A stretch of DNA of 64,000 bases, from positions 192,001-256,000 of the forward strand of contig CAWEWF010000014.1 in the NCBI GenBank assembly GCA_963812605.1. Reading direction: 5' to 3'. The position numbers and the translations under genes are program-made. Positions 9,903 to 20,918 of the stretch are shown piece by piece. How positions within the stretch are numbered: position 1 is the stretch's first letter; every line of letters starts with the position of its first letter. The DNA is from an uncultured Verrucomicrobiae bacterium. Lineage in GTDB: Bacteria; Verrucomicrobiota; Verrucomicrobiia; Palsa-1439. Below the pieces are notes generated by a model. It saw nothing but the letters and a program-made list of their open reading frames with translations. It did not search any database and was not told the DNA's origin.

Positions 9903-11141
9903 TCAAGCGAAAGTTTCGCGCGCCGTCACTGGTTGGGACTTTGCTTCCTTCGCATAGCGCGTGAAATACACCAACCACGCCAGGCCCGCAGTCCAGATAA
10001 CCAGATGCAGGGCCTGAATGATCGGGAAATCCGCCAGGTGCAGGGGGAGGCAGAGCGCGGTAAGGATTACCACAAACATTGTTGCGTGGCCGACCGCGGG
10101 GCGTTTCAGAAAAAGTTGTCCCAAGGCGATGGCCAGGAAGACGATCAGGATGTCGTCGTAGGATTGATGATAGGTGAACAGCCGCGCCAGGGTGCTGCAG
10201 ATTGCCATTTCGAACAAAGGAGCGTTCTGGGAACCTTGGACCAGCACGATGGAGAGGATGGTGGCGAACCCGAGGCATCCAAAAAAAGCCAGCGACCGCG
10301 TAACGCCGATGAAAATAAGCACATCGGGAATGCTGTAGGAATTGTCTTTCCACCGGGAAGTCTGGACAAGCATTTGCTTCACCATCACCAAGGGACTGGT
10401 GGCGACGTGGCGACCTACAATCATCGCGGCGGCAACCGTGGCAATGAACGCGACCATCAGCGAGAGGTACAAGCGGCGGTTGAAAAAGACGCTGGCATGG
10501 GCAAAGGAGAAGGTCGGCTTCAGGAGCGCAATGGCGTAGAGAATCCCCAACGGAACCCGTCCCAGTCTCTCCCTGTAGGAAACACAAATGACCAGAATGG
10601 CGCACAGAATCACCCCCCATTGTCCATTGACGAGGGTCGAGCAAAGCGGCGAAGCACCAAGCACCGTCAGGGCCAGGAGTAGTTTGTGTGAAACCAGATT
10701 GGAGGGGGCGGCGCGACAGGCGAACATCACAATGAGTAGCAGGGCGATGACGTTCATGAGAAAGAACCAGACCCTCGCGACCGGCCAGGAAACCGGGGGA
10801 ATAAAAAGGGCCGACCAAAAGAATGCCCACGGCGGATAACCGCTGCCGACCCACGTTGCGCCATACACTGGATCGATATTTACTGGACGTGAGTTTGGCA
10901 AAGCAGGCGACACTCCGAATTCACGGTCGTAAAGGTACTCGGAGATATCGTAAGGATTCTGTCCACCCGCCACGTACCGCAACTCCCGCCAGCGAAGAAA
11001 AAAATCCGTTGGATGCGATTTCTTTACGATCAGGTGGTACATGCCGCGCCCGAGGTAAATGGCGGCGAAAAACGCTGCCACCGTCACCGCCGCCAGGACA
11101 AAGGCCCGCGTAATGCGCGGATCAATTGTGCGCTGGATCAT
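9903..11141 (-). CDS. Polytopic GT-C fold glycosyltransferase (GT87/DUF2029-like)
   Basis: Multi-TM protein; TDF, GYPP, NGQ, LLKP, YD motifs. Confidence 0.75.
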   Translation of the reverse strand: MIQRTIDPRITRAFVLAAVTVAAFFAAIYLGRGMYHLIVKKSHPTDFFLRWRELRYVAGGQNPYDISEYLYDREFGVSPALPNSRPVNIDPVYGATWVGSGYPPWAFFWSALFIPPVSWPVARVWFFLMNVIALLLIVMFACRAAPSNLVSHKLLLALTVLGASPLCSTLVNGQWGVILCAILVICVSYRERLGRVPLGILYAIALLKPTFSFAHASVFFNRRLYLSLMVAFIATVAAAMIVGRHVATSPLVMVKQMLVQTSRWKDNSYSIPDVLIFIGVTRSLAFFGCLGFATILSIVLVQGSQNAPLFEMAICSTLARLFTYHQSYDDILIVFLAIALGQLFLKRPAVGHATMFVVILTALCLPLHLADFPIIQALHLVIWTAGLAWLVYFTRYAKEAKSQPVTARETFA

Positions 11142-11925
11142 AGGCCCCTCGCAAAGCGCGGACCAGCGTTCTCAGCACCAACCAATTCCCGCGCAGAGGG
11201 CTGATCTTGGTCGGCACGGGCCCGTGTGCGGGATACACACGGGAGACGGGAGTTTCGCACACGCGGAAGCCAAGCTTGGCCGCGCGGATAGCGAGATAAT
11301 AGTGCAGTTCATAACCGACGAATACGTCACGGAATGGTTGCACCCGTGGATCCAGCAGGAAGCGCCGACTGTAAGCGCGGAAGCCGTTGGTTGTATCCGT
11401 ATAATGAACCCCGGCCGCCACGCTCATCAGTGGGGCATGTAGTAGTCGGACAGCCAGCAGTCGGGAAGGGGGAGTGTTGGCGTGATGACCACCCGGAATG
11501 AAGCGCGACCCCTGAACATGGTCCCATCCCTCGTCAAGCAAACGAACAAATTCCGGGATGGCCTCGATGCCGTCCTTCCCATTGCCGTCGATGGTAATGA
11601 CACCTTCGTACCGGCGTTGCATGGCATAGGCGAGCGCCATGCGCATCTGGGCGCTCAGTTTGCCGGGTCCGGTTTTCACGAGCAAGGCAGCACAGTCTGC
11701 CGCCGCCATGATTTCGGGTGTCAGAGAGCCGTCGGTACTGCCGCCATCGGCCACGATGATGTCGATCTGCGAGGCGAAAGACTTCATCGCCTGCAACTGC
11801 TTGCGGATCTTTTCCCCTTCGTTGATGACAAAGACCGCGACGGCATATTTCGTCCGCTTGGGTCCTTCAAAGGGAATGTGGTAATCCGGAACCTGCCAGG
11901 GATTTCCGGCCGGGTCGCTAGACAC
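11122..11925 (-). CDS. GT2 polyprenol-phosphate glycosyltransferase-like
   Basis: INEG, ADGGSTDGS, IDGNGKD, GSRF, DTTNGFRAY; GTG start assumed at 11925. Confidence 0.88.
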   Translation of the reverse strand: MSSDPAGNPWQVPDYHIPFEGPKRTKYAVAVFVINEGEKIRKQLQAMKSFASQIDIIVADGGSTDGSLTPEIMAAADCAALLVKTGPGKLSAQMRMALAYAMQRRYEGVITIDGNGKDGIEAIPEFVRLLDEGWDHVQGSRFIPGGHHANTPPSRLLAVRLLHAPLMSVAAGVHYTDTTNGFRAYSRRFLLDPRVQPFRDVFVGYELHYYLAIRAAKLGFRVCETPVSRVYPAHGPVPTKISPLRGNWLVLRTLVRALRGAYDPAHN

Positions 11926-12931
11926 GCTTCTGTTCCTCGGCAGTCGGTTCGTTAACAATGTTCTTTTTGATGGAGTCCTCGAGCAAGACCGAACTTGTCT
12001 TTTCATGCGAGACGAGGTAGATGGGCCGGTCCTGGGTTTCCTCGAGGATGCGTCCCACGTATTCGCAGAGCACGGAGAGAATCAGAAACACGAAGAAGAA
12101 CATGGTCGTTTGCTGGAGCGACGCGGTGGTCCAGCCTTCGGCGACCTTGCGTTTGAAAAGATAGATCGCGACCACATAGAAGAGGTAAAGGAAATTCAGC
12201 ATACTCAGGAGCAGGCCGATCCGGCTAACGATTCGCAGGGGATGGCGGGAATTCGCAATCGCGATTTCCAGCGCGTTGTTCAAATGATCGAGCAGAGTCT
12301 CACGCTCGACGCGTTTGCTACGGTGCTGCGGTTCGTAGGTGAAAAACTCCTGGTTGTAACCCAGCGTGGCGGTAAAAATTCGCAGATACCGGTGGCGGTC
12401 CTTGATGCGGGTGATGGCGTTGACGGCCTGTCGACTCAAGACCCGGTAATCCGTGGAGTTTTCCTTGTAGTCGAAACCGAGGTAACGACGGCAATAGGCA
12501 TGAAAAACCTTGGACCCCTTGTTCGCCAGCCATCCTTGGTGACGCGGCGCCGCCGACACGCCGCAAACGATGCCGCTGCCATTCTGGCATTTCTCCACCA
12601 ACTCGGGGACGAGGGAGACGGGATCGCTGTCGGGAAGCATCACGACGACAAAATCCCCGATGGCCGTCTCGAGGCCGGCAGAGATGGCCACTTCACGTCC
12701 AAACGACTTGGAAAGCGCCAGGTAGCGCACCCGTTCGTAACGCTGTAGGAGCGGGCCGATGACCCGGGAAATGTCATCGGTCGAGCCGTCATCAATCAAC
12801 AGGATCTCATAAAAACCATAGCTCGCTTGCAAAACGTGCGTCAATTCCTCCAAAAACGCCGGCAGAATTTCGGCGTCATTGTTGAGCGGGGCGACGACGG
12901 ATACCACGACGCTGGTATTCTTTTTTTGCAT
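11918..12931 (-). CDS. GtrB/ArnC-like GT2 with two C-terminal TM helices
   Basis: DDGSTD, LSKSFGREVAISAGL, EYVGRI..E...RPIY; DxD is degenerate (MLPDSDP). Confidence 0.85.
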   Translation of the reverse strand: MQKKNTSVVVSVVAPLNNDAEILPAFLEELTHVLQASYGFYEILLIDDGSTDDISRVIGPLLQRYERVRYLALSKSFGREVAISAGLETAIGDFVVVMLPDSDPVSLVPELVEKCQNGSGIVCGVSAAPRHQGWLANKGSKVFHAYCRRYLGFDYKENSTDYRVLSRQAVNAITRIKDRHRYLRIFTATLGYNQEFFTYEPQHRSKRVERETLLDHLNNALEIAIANSRHPLRIVSRIGLLLSMLNFLYLFYVVAIYLFKRKVAEGWTTASLQQTTMFFFVFLILSVLCEYVGRILEETQDRPIYLVSHEKTSSVLLEDSIKKNIVNEPTAEEQKRV

Positions 12932-12947
12932 GATTTCAAGAGGGAGA

Positions 12948-14078
12948 TTAATGGCGCACCATCAACCCGATACCGTCCAAATCCTGTGGGATATCATAAA
13001 TGTTGTCAAGCTTGCCGCCCAGGATCGTGACGAGATTCGGGAGCTGGGGGCACTGGTGAAACAGGATGGGCCGGCCGTCATCGAGTTCACTTTGCGGCAG
13101 CAGGGTTTTCACCTCCCACAGTGAGTCACGGTACTGGCATTTGGCCAAACAAGGGAGAAAGCGGGCAGCATCATGAATCATAAACGGCGCGTTGGACACC
13201 TTGGGGCAACGGTCGAAATACTCATAGGCGTCGCGATAGGCATCGGACGACTTGTCGCGCCAATCATGATGCGGCGTGTAGCGCACGTGGCTCAAGGTCC
13301 ACAACCGGCGGTCAGGAAAAGGCATGAAGGAGAAAAACGGTCCGCACATTACGGTGACCGAGCAGTGTTCCAGCTCGGACGGCGCTTCCACCAACGCCAG
13401 TTCCGTCAGTTCGTGCTTCAGAGGCACCAAGGGAAGGTTGGAGCGATGGCGCAAGCGATTGATCTCACTGTAGGTGCAGTTGAAAACCCAATCGGCATCC
13501 AGTTCCAAGGTAGCGCCATCCTTCTTGCATTCCAATTGAAGGCGTCCGTTGGAATCCGCTCGGACCCGGTCGGCAGTCACGCCGAACAAAACTGGAATAC
13601 CCCGGCTGGCCAGTCGTTCGCGCATGATTCGACGGAGAATCGCCGCATCGAACGCATACTCACGGACGGTAAAGACCTCTTCAATCAAGTCGGGATTGAA
13701 TAACTGACGGACACGATCCGGTGCTGGACTGAGCGGGGCGCCCACGCGTTCCATGAACAGCCGAAACTGGCTCGCCGTGACTTTGCTGGCGCCGCGACCG
13801 ATGGCGTAGTATTTCTCGAAATCACTCTTGATACATTCGGAAAAATCCTGGACGAACCGAGGAAAATTGATTCGGGAGCGCACGGCGGTCATCAGGCTTC
13901 GCGGATAATGGTAGCCGGCATGGACGCGCGCTTGATTGTTGTAGGAGGCCCGCAGCAGCAAGTCCGGCTCACGCTCCAGGACCACGACGGAGTTCACGCG
14001 GTCCCTGAGCAACAAAGAAAGGTAGGCGCCAAAGAAACCACCGCCGATGACCACGGCGTCCCACTTAGACTGCTGCAT
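12948..14078 (-). CDS. FAD-dependent oxidoreductase
   Basis: IGGGFFG, ASYNNQARVHAGYHYPRS, GGKLD. Confidence 0.85.
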   Translation of the reverse strand: MQQSKWDAVVIGGGFFGAYLSLLLRDRVNSVVVLEREPDLLLRASYNNQARVHAGYHYPRSLMTAVRSRINFPRFVQDFSECIKSDFEKYYAIGRGASKVTASQFRLFMERVGAPLSPAPDRVRQLFNPDLIEEVFTVREYAFDAAILRRIMRERLASRGIPVLFGVTADRVRADSNGRLQLECKKDGATLELDADWVFNCTYSEINRLRHRSNLPLVPLKHELTELALVEAPSELEHCSVTVMCGPFFSFMPFPDRRLWTLSHVRYTPHHDWRDKSSDAYRDAYEYFDRCPKVSNAPFMIHDAARFLPCLAKCQYRDSLWEVKTLLPQSELDDGRPILFHQCPQLPNLVTILGGKLDNIYDIPQDLDGIGLMVRH

Positions 14079-14880
14079 AGCATTCCCTGGCGAATTGCAC
14101 GGCGCGCCGCACGTCGTCCAACCCGTCGGCCGGGCGTTTCATCTCGATTGAGACCAGAAGCCCGTAGTTGATTTGCGCAAGCGCCCGCGCCAGGATCGCG
14201 TGTCCTTCCCAGGGCGTTTCGAACCCGGTGAGCATCGGTTGGCTGATATGAACGTGGCCGATGATATCAGCTTGTTCCGTGATGACCTGCTCGACAGCTT
14301 CGCTGTTCATGGCCAGTTCGCCCGCGTCGATTTGCAACCGCAACCCAGGGGAGCTCACCAGTCGCACGATACGGGCCGCATCCACAACATGCGTGAGATA
14401 GTTGCAGCCGTAGGCTGTCGGATTCGGCTCCAGGCAAAACGAGACACGAAGGCCGGCGGCGTGGCGAGCGAGTTCGCCGAAAAATTCCACAGCAATGTGA
14501 TCGGCTTCTGCCGGAGGCATGCCTTCGGGTACGCGGCGATTTTTTGGGGCGCCGAAGACCAGCGCACGAGCGTCGCACGCCGCCGCGAGTTGAGCGATGT
14601 GGACGAGATAGTCGACGCATCGGCGGCGCGGTTCAAGACCATCGAAGATTGTCAGCTCGGGCTTGCCGAAGAGAATCGCCTGAAAAGCAGCCACGGAAAA
14701 ACCTGCGGCTCGCAATTCCACAAGGTAGCGTTGAGCATCCTGTACGACGGCGGTGGATGGATCTGGCCACTTTCGCGAGGGCGCAAGCTCCAAAAGAGAA
14801 ATACCCAGGGTGCGCAGCATGTCGAGAGCCGCGCCATCTTCTTCCGGTGACCAGGCGATGTTGGAGACAGCAAGCTTCAC
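14065..14880 (-). CDS. Sugar phosphate isomerase/epimerase (xylose isomerase-like TIM barrel)
   Basis: AVSNIAW, VFGAPKNR, LEPN, QIDAG, HVHIS, SIEM. Confidence 0.85.
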   Translation of the reverse strand: MKLAVSNIAWSPEEDGAALDMLRTLGISLLELAPSRKWPDPSTAVVQDAQRYLVELRAAGFSVAAFQAILFGKPELTIFDGLEPRRRCVDYLVHIAQLAAACDARALVFGAPKNRRVPEGMPPAEADHIAVEFFGELARHAAGLRVSFCLEPNPTAYGCNYLTHVVDAARIVRLVSSPGLRLQIDAGELAMNSEAVEQVITEQADIIGHVHISQPMLTGFETPWEGHAILARALAQINYGLLVSIEMKRPADGLDDVRRAVQFARECYAAV

Positions 14881-15653
14881 GGGGGAGTACTCTGGTGCCG
14901 GGCGACGAATTCACCGATTTCATGCAGGATGGTCTGGCGATCGTAGAGATAACCTCCGATGGTCGAATCCCACAAGTCGGCGTGTTCCGTGCGCATGTCG
15001 TAATTCACAGTGAAGGGTTTGGCCGGGCCGACCCGGTCCTGCTGATGAGGAAAATAATCCTGAATGATGTCCCGGGTTTTTACCGGTTCCGTGGCGATGT
15101 TGAGCAACAAAAGGTTCGCCGCAAGACCTCGTTGAATATCGCTCCAAAGTCGATCCAGCGAGTAATACTGAAACACGCCCTCGGGATTGATCTGTTCCAG
15201 ACAATTGTTGTGGAGCAAATCAAAGATCACATTCTTTTTGAGGCCGCGACCGAAGAGTCCCGGCAAACGAAGGACCAGGCTGCTGGGGAAACGCGCACGG
15301 ATGAATTGCTCAGCCGCATATCGATGCTTTCCATAGGCATGGTTTTCACCGGTGATCGGGGTCATTTCGGTTACGCGAACCGGGGTGGGATAGACGTCGA
15401 CCGTCGAGATGAGAATGAATCGGCGCGCCTGAATAGTGTCGAGCAGGGCCAGTAATTTCTGGATGGCTGCCCAGTCGGCTTCCGGGTTCTGATTGGCCCA
15501 CCATTTTTTCGCCTGGATTCCCGTGCAGACGACCGAATCAAAAGCGCCGCCCCGCATTTCTTCGATGGTCGTCGAGTTGAAGAGCGCCGGAAACTTGTGC
15601 TGGTTGACGAGGTTCGAACCAACAAACCCTGTATGACCGATAAGTGCGTCCAT
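14877..15653 (-). CDS. NAD(P)-dependent epimerase/dehydratase-like SDR
   Basis: GHTGFVGSNL, STVDVY, YGKHR, RLPGLFG. Confidence 0.85.
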   Translation of the reverse strand: MDALIGHTGFVGSNLVNQHKFPALFNSTTIEEMRGGAFDSVVCTGIQAKKWWANQNPEADWAAIQKLLALLDTIQARRFILISTVDVYPTPVRVTEMTPITGENHAYGKHRYAAEQFIRARFPSSLVLRLPGLFGRGLKKNVIFDLLHNNCLEQINPEGVFQYYSLDRLWSDIQRGLAANLLLLNIATEPVKTRDIIQDYFPHQQDRVGPAKPFTVNYDMRTEHADLWDSTIGGYLYDRQTILHEIGEFVARHQSTPP

Positions 15654-15803
15654 CCGTTCCCGACTATACTTTTCGCGAGCATGGATTCACAAGTTGAAAG
15701 GGAGGTGCCGCCGGTGGAAACCAGGACGTGGAAATGGTATACTACTTGATTCGAGTTGACTTGAAGCAGCGAGTTGTTCGATAAGAAAAGCGCCTTTTTA
15801 CAC

Positions 15804-16121
15804 ATGCCGACATACGAATACGAATGCCAGAAGTGCGGGCATCACTATGAGTTGTACCAATCGATCAAGGATGGGCCGAAGCGGGCCTGTCCGAAGTGTC
15901 ATGGTCGCGTGAAACGGTTGCTGGGGACGGGCGCCGGGCTGATCTTCAAGGGCTCAGGATTTTACACGACGGATTATCGAAAGCCCAGCTACACAGAAGG
16001 CGCGAAGAAGGATAGCAGCGCCACGCCCACCCCGGCTGCCAATTCGAAGACGACCCCGGCAAAACCGGCCAGCACACCGGCGAAATCCGGTGATGCCAAG
16101 GGAACGACAAAGAAGGATTAA
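15804..16121 (+). CDS. FmdB family zinc-ribbon protein
   Basis: MPTYEYECQKCG...CPKC...FKGSGFYTTDY. Confidence 0.92.
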   Translation: MPTYEYECQKCGHHYELYQSIKDGPKRACPKCHGRVKRLLGTGAGLIFKGSGFYTTDYRKPSYTEGAKKDSSATPTPAANSKTTPAKPASTPAKSGDAKGTTKKD

Positions 16122-16124
16122 CCC

Positions 16125-16859
16125 ATGGTCATTTGTTCAAAATGCGGGTACGACAACGAATTGGGCCGCATCTTTTGCCATTCCTGTGGCGCCAAACTCA
16201 ATCTCAGTGAAATCAAATCCCCCAGCCAGGGCGGCAAGGATCTAACCAGGAAAAAGAAGAGGAAAGGGGCGATGCTTGCGCGGTTGATCCAGATTGTGAT
16301 CGCGCTGGCAATCGTTGTGACACTCGTTCTCGTCCTGCAGGTGCCGGCGTTGCGCCCCATCAGCACCTCAAGCGAGGATCTGACGTCGATCGACAAGAAG
16401 CGTTTCGAATTGGATGGGCTTAACCTGCAGAAAGCTCCGCAGACGATCTCCATCAGCGAGACGGAGTTGAATGCCTTCGTTGACACGCTGGGCCTGCAGA
16501 AGAGCGAAGCCAAGGGCGTGTCCATAATTCCGAGCAAACTGCAGATCGAGCTTGGCGATGGTTTTGTGACGGCGATATTCATCAGCAAGATCCATTTGGG
16601 CGGCTCGTTTGAGAAGCAACTTTACCTCACCTATTCGGGAGTCCCCACCATGGAGGGGGGCCATCTGGTCTTCAAACCCACCGCTGGCGCGATAGGGTCC
16701 CTGCCGATTCATCCGCTAATTCTGGAAAAAACCGGCGTCTTCGATCGCATTTATGGCAGGCTCTTTGGAAATCTGGGCCCGGAGAGACAGATGCTTGATG
16801 CCCTCGCTTCGATTGCGGTGACGCCGAAAGAAGTGTTGCTGACGTATCAGCCGCACTAA
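16125..16859 (+). CDS. Zinc-ribbon membrane-anchored hypothetical protein
   Basis: CSKCG...FCHSCG, single TM, SETELNAF segment. Confidence 0.75.
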   Translation: MVICSKCGYDNELGRIFCHSCGAKLNLSEIKSPSQGGKDLTRKKKRKGAMLARLIQIVIALAIVVTLVLVLQVPALRPISTSSEDLTSIDKKRFELDGLNLQKAPQTISISETELNAFVDTLGLQKSEAKGVSIIPSKLQIELGDGFVTAIFISKIHLGGSFEKQLYLTYSGVPTMEGGHLVFKPTAGAIGSLPIHPLILEKTGVFDRIYGRLFGNLGPERQMLDALASIAVTPKEVLLTYQPH

Positions 16860-16875
16860 GCCGTTCGCGGCGGCC

Positions 16876-18213
16876 ATGAACGCGCGATCTTTGAACTGGT
16901 TTCTCGCAGTCGCCGCCATTGCGCTCCTGCAGTTCCACGCCGGCGACGCGGACGGGGCGTCCGCCGTCACGAATGTTCTCTCCAGCACCCTCAGCGCCTC
17001 GCGGCAGTTCGCCGCTTATGCCGAGAATCCGCTGCTGCCGTCCGCCTTGTGCGTGTACGCGGAGCGCGTGAAACGCGAGTGGCTGCGACGGATGGATGTG
17101 GCCGATAATTGGCGGGATCCGATTCTGCTCGTGGTCCGCGCCCGTGAGCCCGCGCAAACCAACGCCCCCCCGGTCTCGATGGCGGTGTACCAGACGGATG
17201 CGCACCTCAAGTATCAGATTCGCTGCCTGGTGCCACCGCCGCTTGACGAAGCCGAGTTGTTGGCGACGATGGTCGAGGCCCTGTCTTCGGAATGGGCGAA
17301 CCGTGGGCAACCGCTGGTTCGTGGCCAGTTGTACGCGACGCCCGAGATGCCGTTGTGGCTGGTGGAGGGGCTGGCGGCGTCGATTCAAGGTCGTTTCGAC
17401 CCGCTCTTGTCGATCGCGCGACGATCCGTAGCGGCGGGCCGCCCGCAACAAGCGGCGGAGGTGTTGGGCGTCAAGGTTCTTCCGGTCGACACGACGGATC
17501 GGCAACTATTTCAGGCCAACGCGTGGATGTTTACGGAAAGTCTTCTGGCGATGCCCGATGGTTCACGAAAGCTGAGAAATTTCCTGACGGAACTCGGCGC
17601 GCAAAAGGCGGCCAGTAATGCGTTCTGGACGGTCTATCGACAGGATTTTACACAGAGCACGACGCTCGAGAAATGGTGGAGCCTGGAACAGGCTCGGCGC
17701 ACCTCAGTGACCGTGGCGCAGGACCTCTCCGCTGAGGAAACGGTGCGGGAACTCGACGCAATTTTGATCGTGAAACTTGGGCTGACCAATGGAGCCAAGG
17801 GTGTGCGCCAGAAAACGGAGACAACCATCGACCGTCTTTGGGAGTACGCCGAAGAACCCTGGCTGAAGGACGTGCTAAAACTCAAGATCGACCACCTGGG
17901 CGCTTTGCGCAGCCAGGCGCACCCCTCCTATCAGCCGGTGCTGGATGAATATATCGAAGCGCTGAAGTGGCTCTTTCAGGGCAGCGTCGTTCGCTTTCGC
18001 CGTACGCTAAAACATGCCGCCGCCATGCAAGCTGCCGCCGAAAAGCAGTCGCGAGCGGTTGCCGCCTACTTGGACCAGGCCGAGCGCGCCTATGCACCGG
18101 AAGAGCTTTCCAAAGTGTTCCATGACTACTTCCAGACTTTCGACCAGGTGCAAAAGCTGGATGAGGAACGGCGCAGTCCCATCAGCGATTACCTCGACAA
18201 GTTTGATCACTGA
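16876..18213 (+). CDS. Secreted hypothetical protein with degenerate peptidase MA-like region
   Basis: Signal peptide; PLWLVEGLA motif without upstream HExxH. Confidence 0.65.
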   Translation: MNARSLNWFLAVAAIALLQFHAGDADGASAVTNVLSSTLSASRQFAAYAENPLLPSALCVYAERVKREWLRRMDVADNWRDPILLVVRAREPAQTNAPPVSMAVYQTDAHLKYQIRCLVPPPLDEAELLATMVEALSSEWANRGQPLVRGQLYATPEMPLWLVEGLAASIQGRFDPLLSIARRSVAAGRPQQAAEVLGVKVLPVDTTDRQLFQANAWMFTESLLAMPDGSRKLRNFLTELGAQKAASNAFWTVYRQDFTQSTTLEKWWSLEQARRTSVTVAQDLSAEETVRELDAILIVKLGLTNGAKGVRQKTETTIDRLWEYAEEPWLKDVLKLKIDHLGALRSQAHPSYQPVLDEYIEALKWLFQGSVVRFRRTLKHAAAMQAAAEKQSRAVAAYLDQAERAYAPEELSKVFHDYFQTFDQVQKLDEERRSPISDYLDKFDH

Positions 18214-20814
18214 AGCGCGCGCAGCAGCGCCTGCATTTTCTCCCGTTGCTCCCGCAACTGCTGCTGCCGCTCGCGCTCGCGCTGCACCGCGATGGGCGCG
18301 GCTCGGCTGGTAAAATTCTCATTGGCCAACTTTGCTTCCGTCGTGGCGAGTTGCTTTTCGGTATCCGCCAGTTGCCTGGTGAGGCGCTCGCGTTCGGCTT
18401 GGGGATCGACAGCGCCGACCATGAAAACGGTTGCCGCCGGCGTCACCAGGCTCGGTGTCAGGCCCGTTGGCTGGTAGTCCGATTCGATGGTCAAATTTTC
18501 CGCCGAGAGGATCTGCGTGAGAAATGGAATCTCTGCCGCAATGAAGTCTGAATGACGACTCGGTTTGATGACGAAAGAGACTTTTTGGCGAGGTTCAATC
18601 CCGTGGTCGCTGCGCAGTTGCCTGCCGGCAGTCACGATGTCGTATAAATCCCGTACCTTCGGCATGATGTCGATAGCGGCGGGATCAACCACATCGGCTT
18701 TTGGCCACGGGGCAAACTGGATGGTCTCCGAACCGTATCCCATGCCGCGCCAAAGTTCTTCCGTGATAAAGGGAGCGAACGGATGCAACATGCGCAACGT
18801 GGCGCCGAAGACGGTATCGAGGACGGCGATGTTGGGAGAGACTTTGCTGGCCTCGATGTACCAATCGCAGAAGTCGCCCCAGACAAAATCGTAGAGTTGC
18901 TTCGCCGCCTCGTTAAATTTGTACGCATCGAGGGAGATTGCCACTCGCGAGACGGTGTTCGCGAGCGCCCCGAGGATATTCTGGTCATGCGCGTTGGGCG
19001 GACGTGCTGGTGGATTAGTGGCGCGCTGCATCTGGATGAAGCGCGCGGCGTTCCAGAGCTTGTTCATGAAGTTGCGGCCAACTTCGCAGCGCTTCTCATC
19101 GAACAGAATGTCCTGACCCTGCGGCGCGATGAGCATCAGGCCGAAACGCAGTCCGTCCGCGCCGTACTTCGCGATGAGATCGAGCGGGTCAGGTGAATTG
19201 CCGAGCGATTTCGACATCTTGCGGCCTTGCGTGTCACGGATGATGCCGGTGAAGTACACATTCCCGAATGGCTTCTCGTCCATGTACTCGTATCCCGCCA
19301 TGATCATGCGCGCGACCCAAAGAAAGATAATGTCGGGCCCGGTGACGAGATCGGTTGTCGGGTAGAACCTCTTCAATGCCTCGGTCTTCTCCGGCCATCC
19401 CATCGTGGCAAACGGCCAGAGCCAGGAACTGAACCAGGTGTCGAGTACGTCGGGGTCTTGTGTCCAGCCGCCATCCCTCGGAGCTTCAAGGCCACAGTAG
19501 ACCTCCTTGCCGCGATACCAGACGGGGATGCGATGGCCCCACCAGAGTTGGCGGCTGAGGCACCAATCTCTGATGTTGCGCATCCAATGCATGTAGGTCT
19601 TCGTCCAACGCTCCGGGTAGAATTGGATCTCCTCCTTTTCGAGTGCATCGATGGAGCGGGGAACTTGCGGGTACTTGAGGAACCACTGTTCGCTCAGGTA
19701 CGGTTCGATGGGCACTTCGGTGCGTTCGCTGTGGCCGACATTATGCTCGTACGGCTCGGTTTTGAGGAGGAAACCAGCTTCCGTAAGTTCGTTCACAACG
19801 GCGAGGCGCGCTTCCATGCGGTCGAGGCCCGTGAACGGTTCGCCGGCTTCCTCGGTCATCCTGCCGTCCGGCCCGATGACGACGGTGAAAGGCAAATCGT
19901 GGCGCAGTGCCATTTCGTAATCGGCAACATCGTGTGCGGGCGTGACTTTCACGCAGCCCGTGCCGAATTTCGGATCAACCGCTTCATCGGCGATGACGGG
20001 AATCGGTTTGTTCTTCAACGGCAGCAGCAATTGCTTGCCGATCAGGTGTTGGTAACGGGGGTCGCTCGGGATTCACCGCAACCGCTTCGTCACCAAGCAT
20101 CGTTTCGGGGCGCGTGGTGGCGACGACGATAAATTCATCGCAGGCAGGGACGCCTGCGCCACCAGAACCCTCTTTTATGATCGGGTATTTGATGTGCCAG
20201 AGGCTTCCCGTCACCGTCTTCATGATGACTTCTTCGTCGCTCAAGGCGGTGCGGCTGACGGGGTCCCAGTTGACCATGCGTTTGCCGCGATAGATCAGGC
20301 CCTTCTTGTAGAGATCGACGAAGACCTGCAGGACGCAGCGCGAGTACGCCTCGTCCATCGTGAAGCGTTCCCGGGTCCAATCGCACGAGCAACCCAGCTT
20401 CTTGAGCTGCTGGATGATGATGCCGCCGTGCTTCTCTTTCCATTCCCAGATTTTTTCGACAAATTTTTCACGGCCCAGGTCGTCGCGATGCTTGATGACG
20501 CCCTGTTTGCGCAGCGTCTTCTCGACGACTGTTTGTGTCGCGATCCCCGCGTGGTCGGTGCCAGGCAGCCAGAGGACTTCAAAGCCCTGCATGCGTTTGC
20601 GGCGGGCGAGGATGTCCTGGAGGGTATTGTTGAGCACATGGCCCATCGTCAACACGCCGGTCACATTGGGTGGCGGGATGACGATTGAATAGGCGGGCTT
20701 TGCGGAGGCCGGGTCAGCGGTGAAGCAACCCTTCGCCAGCCAGTCGGCGTACCACTTATCCTCCACGAGCTTCGGCTCGTAGGTCTTCGAAATCTCTGTC
20801 GGGGCAGCGCTCAT
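18207..20814 (-). CDS. valS: Valine--tRNA ligase, one frameshift near 20068
   Basis: [49 protein letters not shown]; extra C in a C-run joins the two ORFs. Confidence 0.97.
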
Positions 20815-20918
20815 GCGGCGAGAAACTATGCGAACAGAACGACCGATTGGCAAGCCCTGAAAACTCCGGGCAGCGAGGCATACTTGCGCGCCGGTGCGCT
20901 TGTGTGTAGTCTGAGACC

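Noticed and set aside
18207-20814. Programmed frameshift or split valS
   Set aside because: Single extra C in a short C-run, same pattern as many other genes; no slippery heptamer evident
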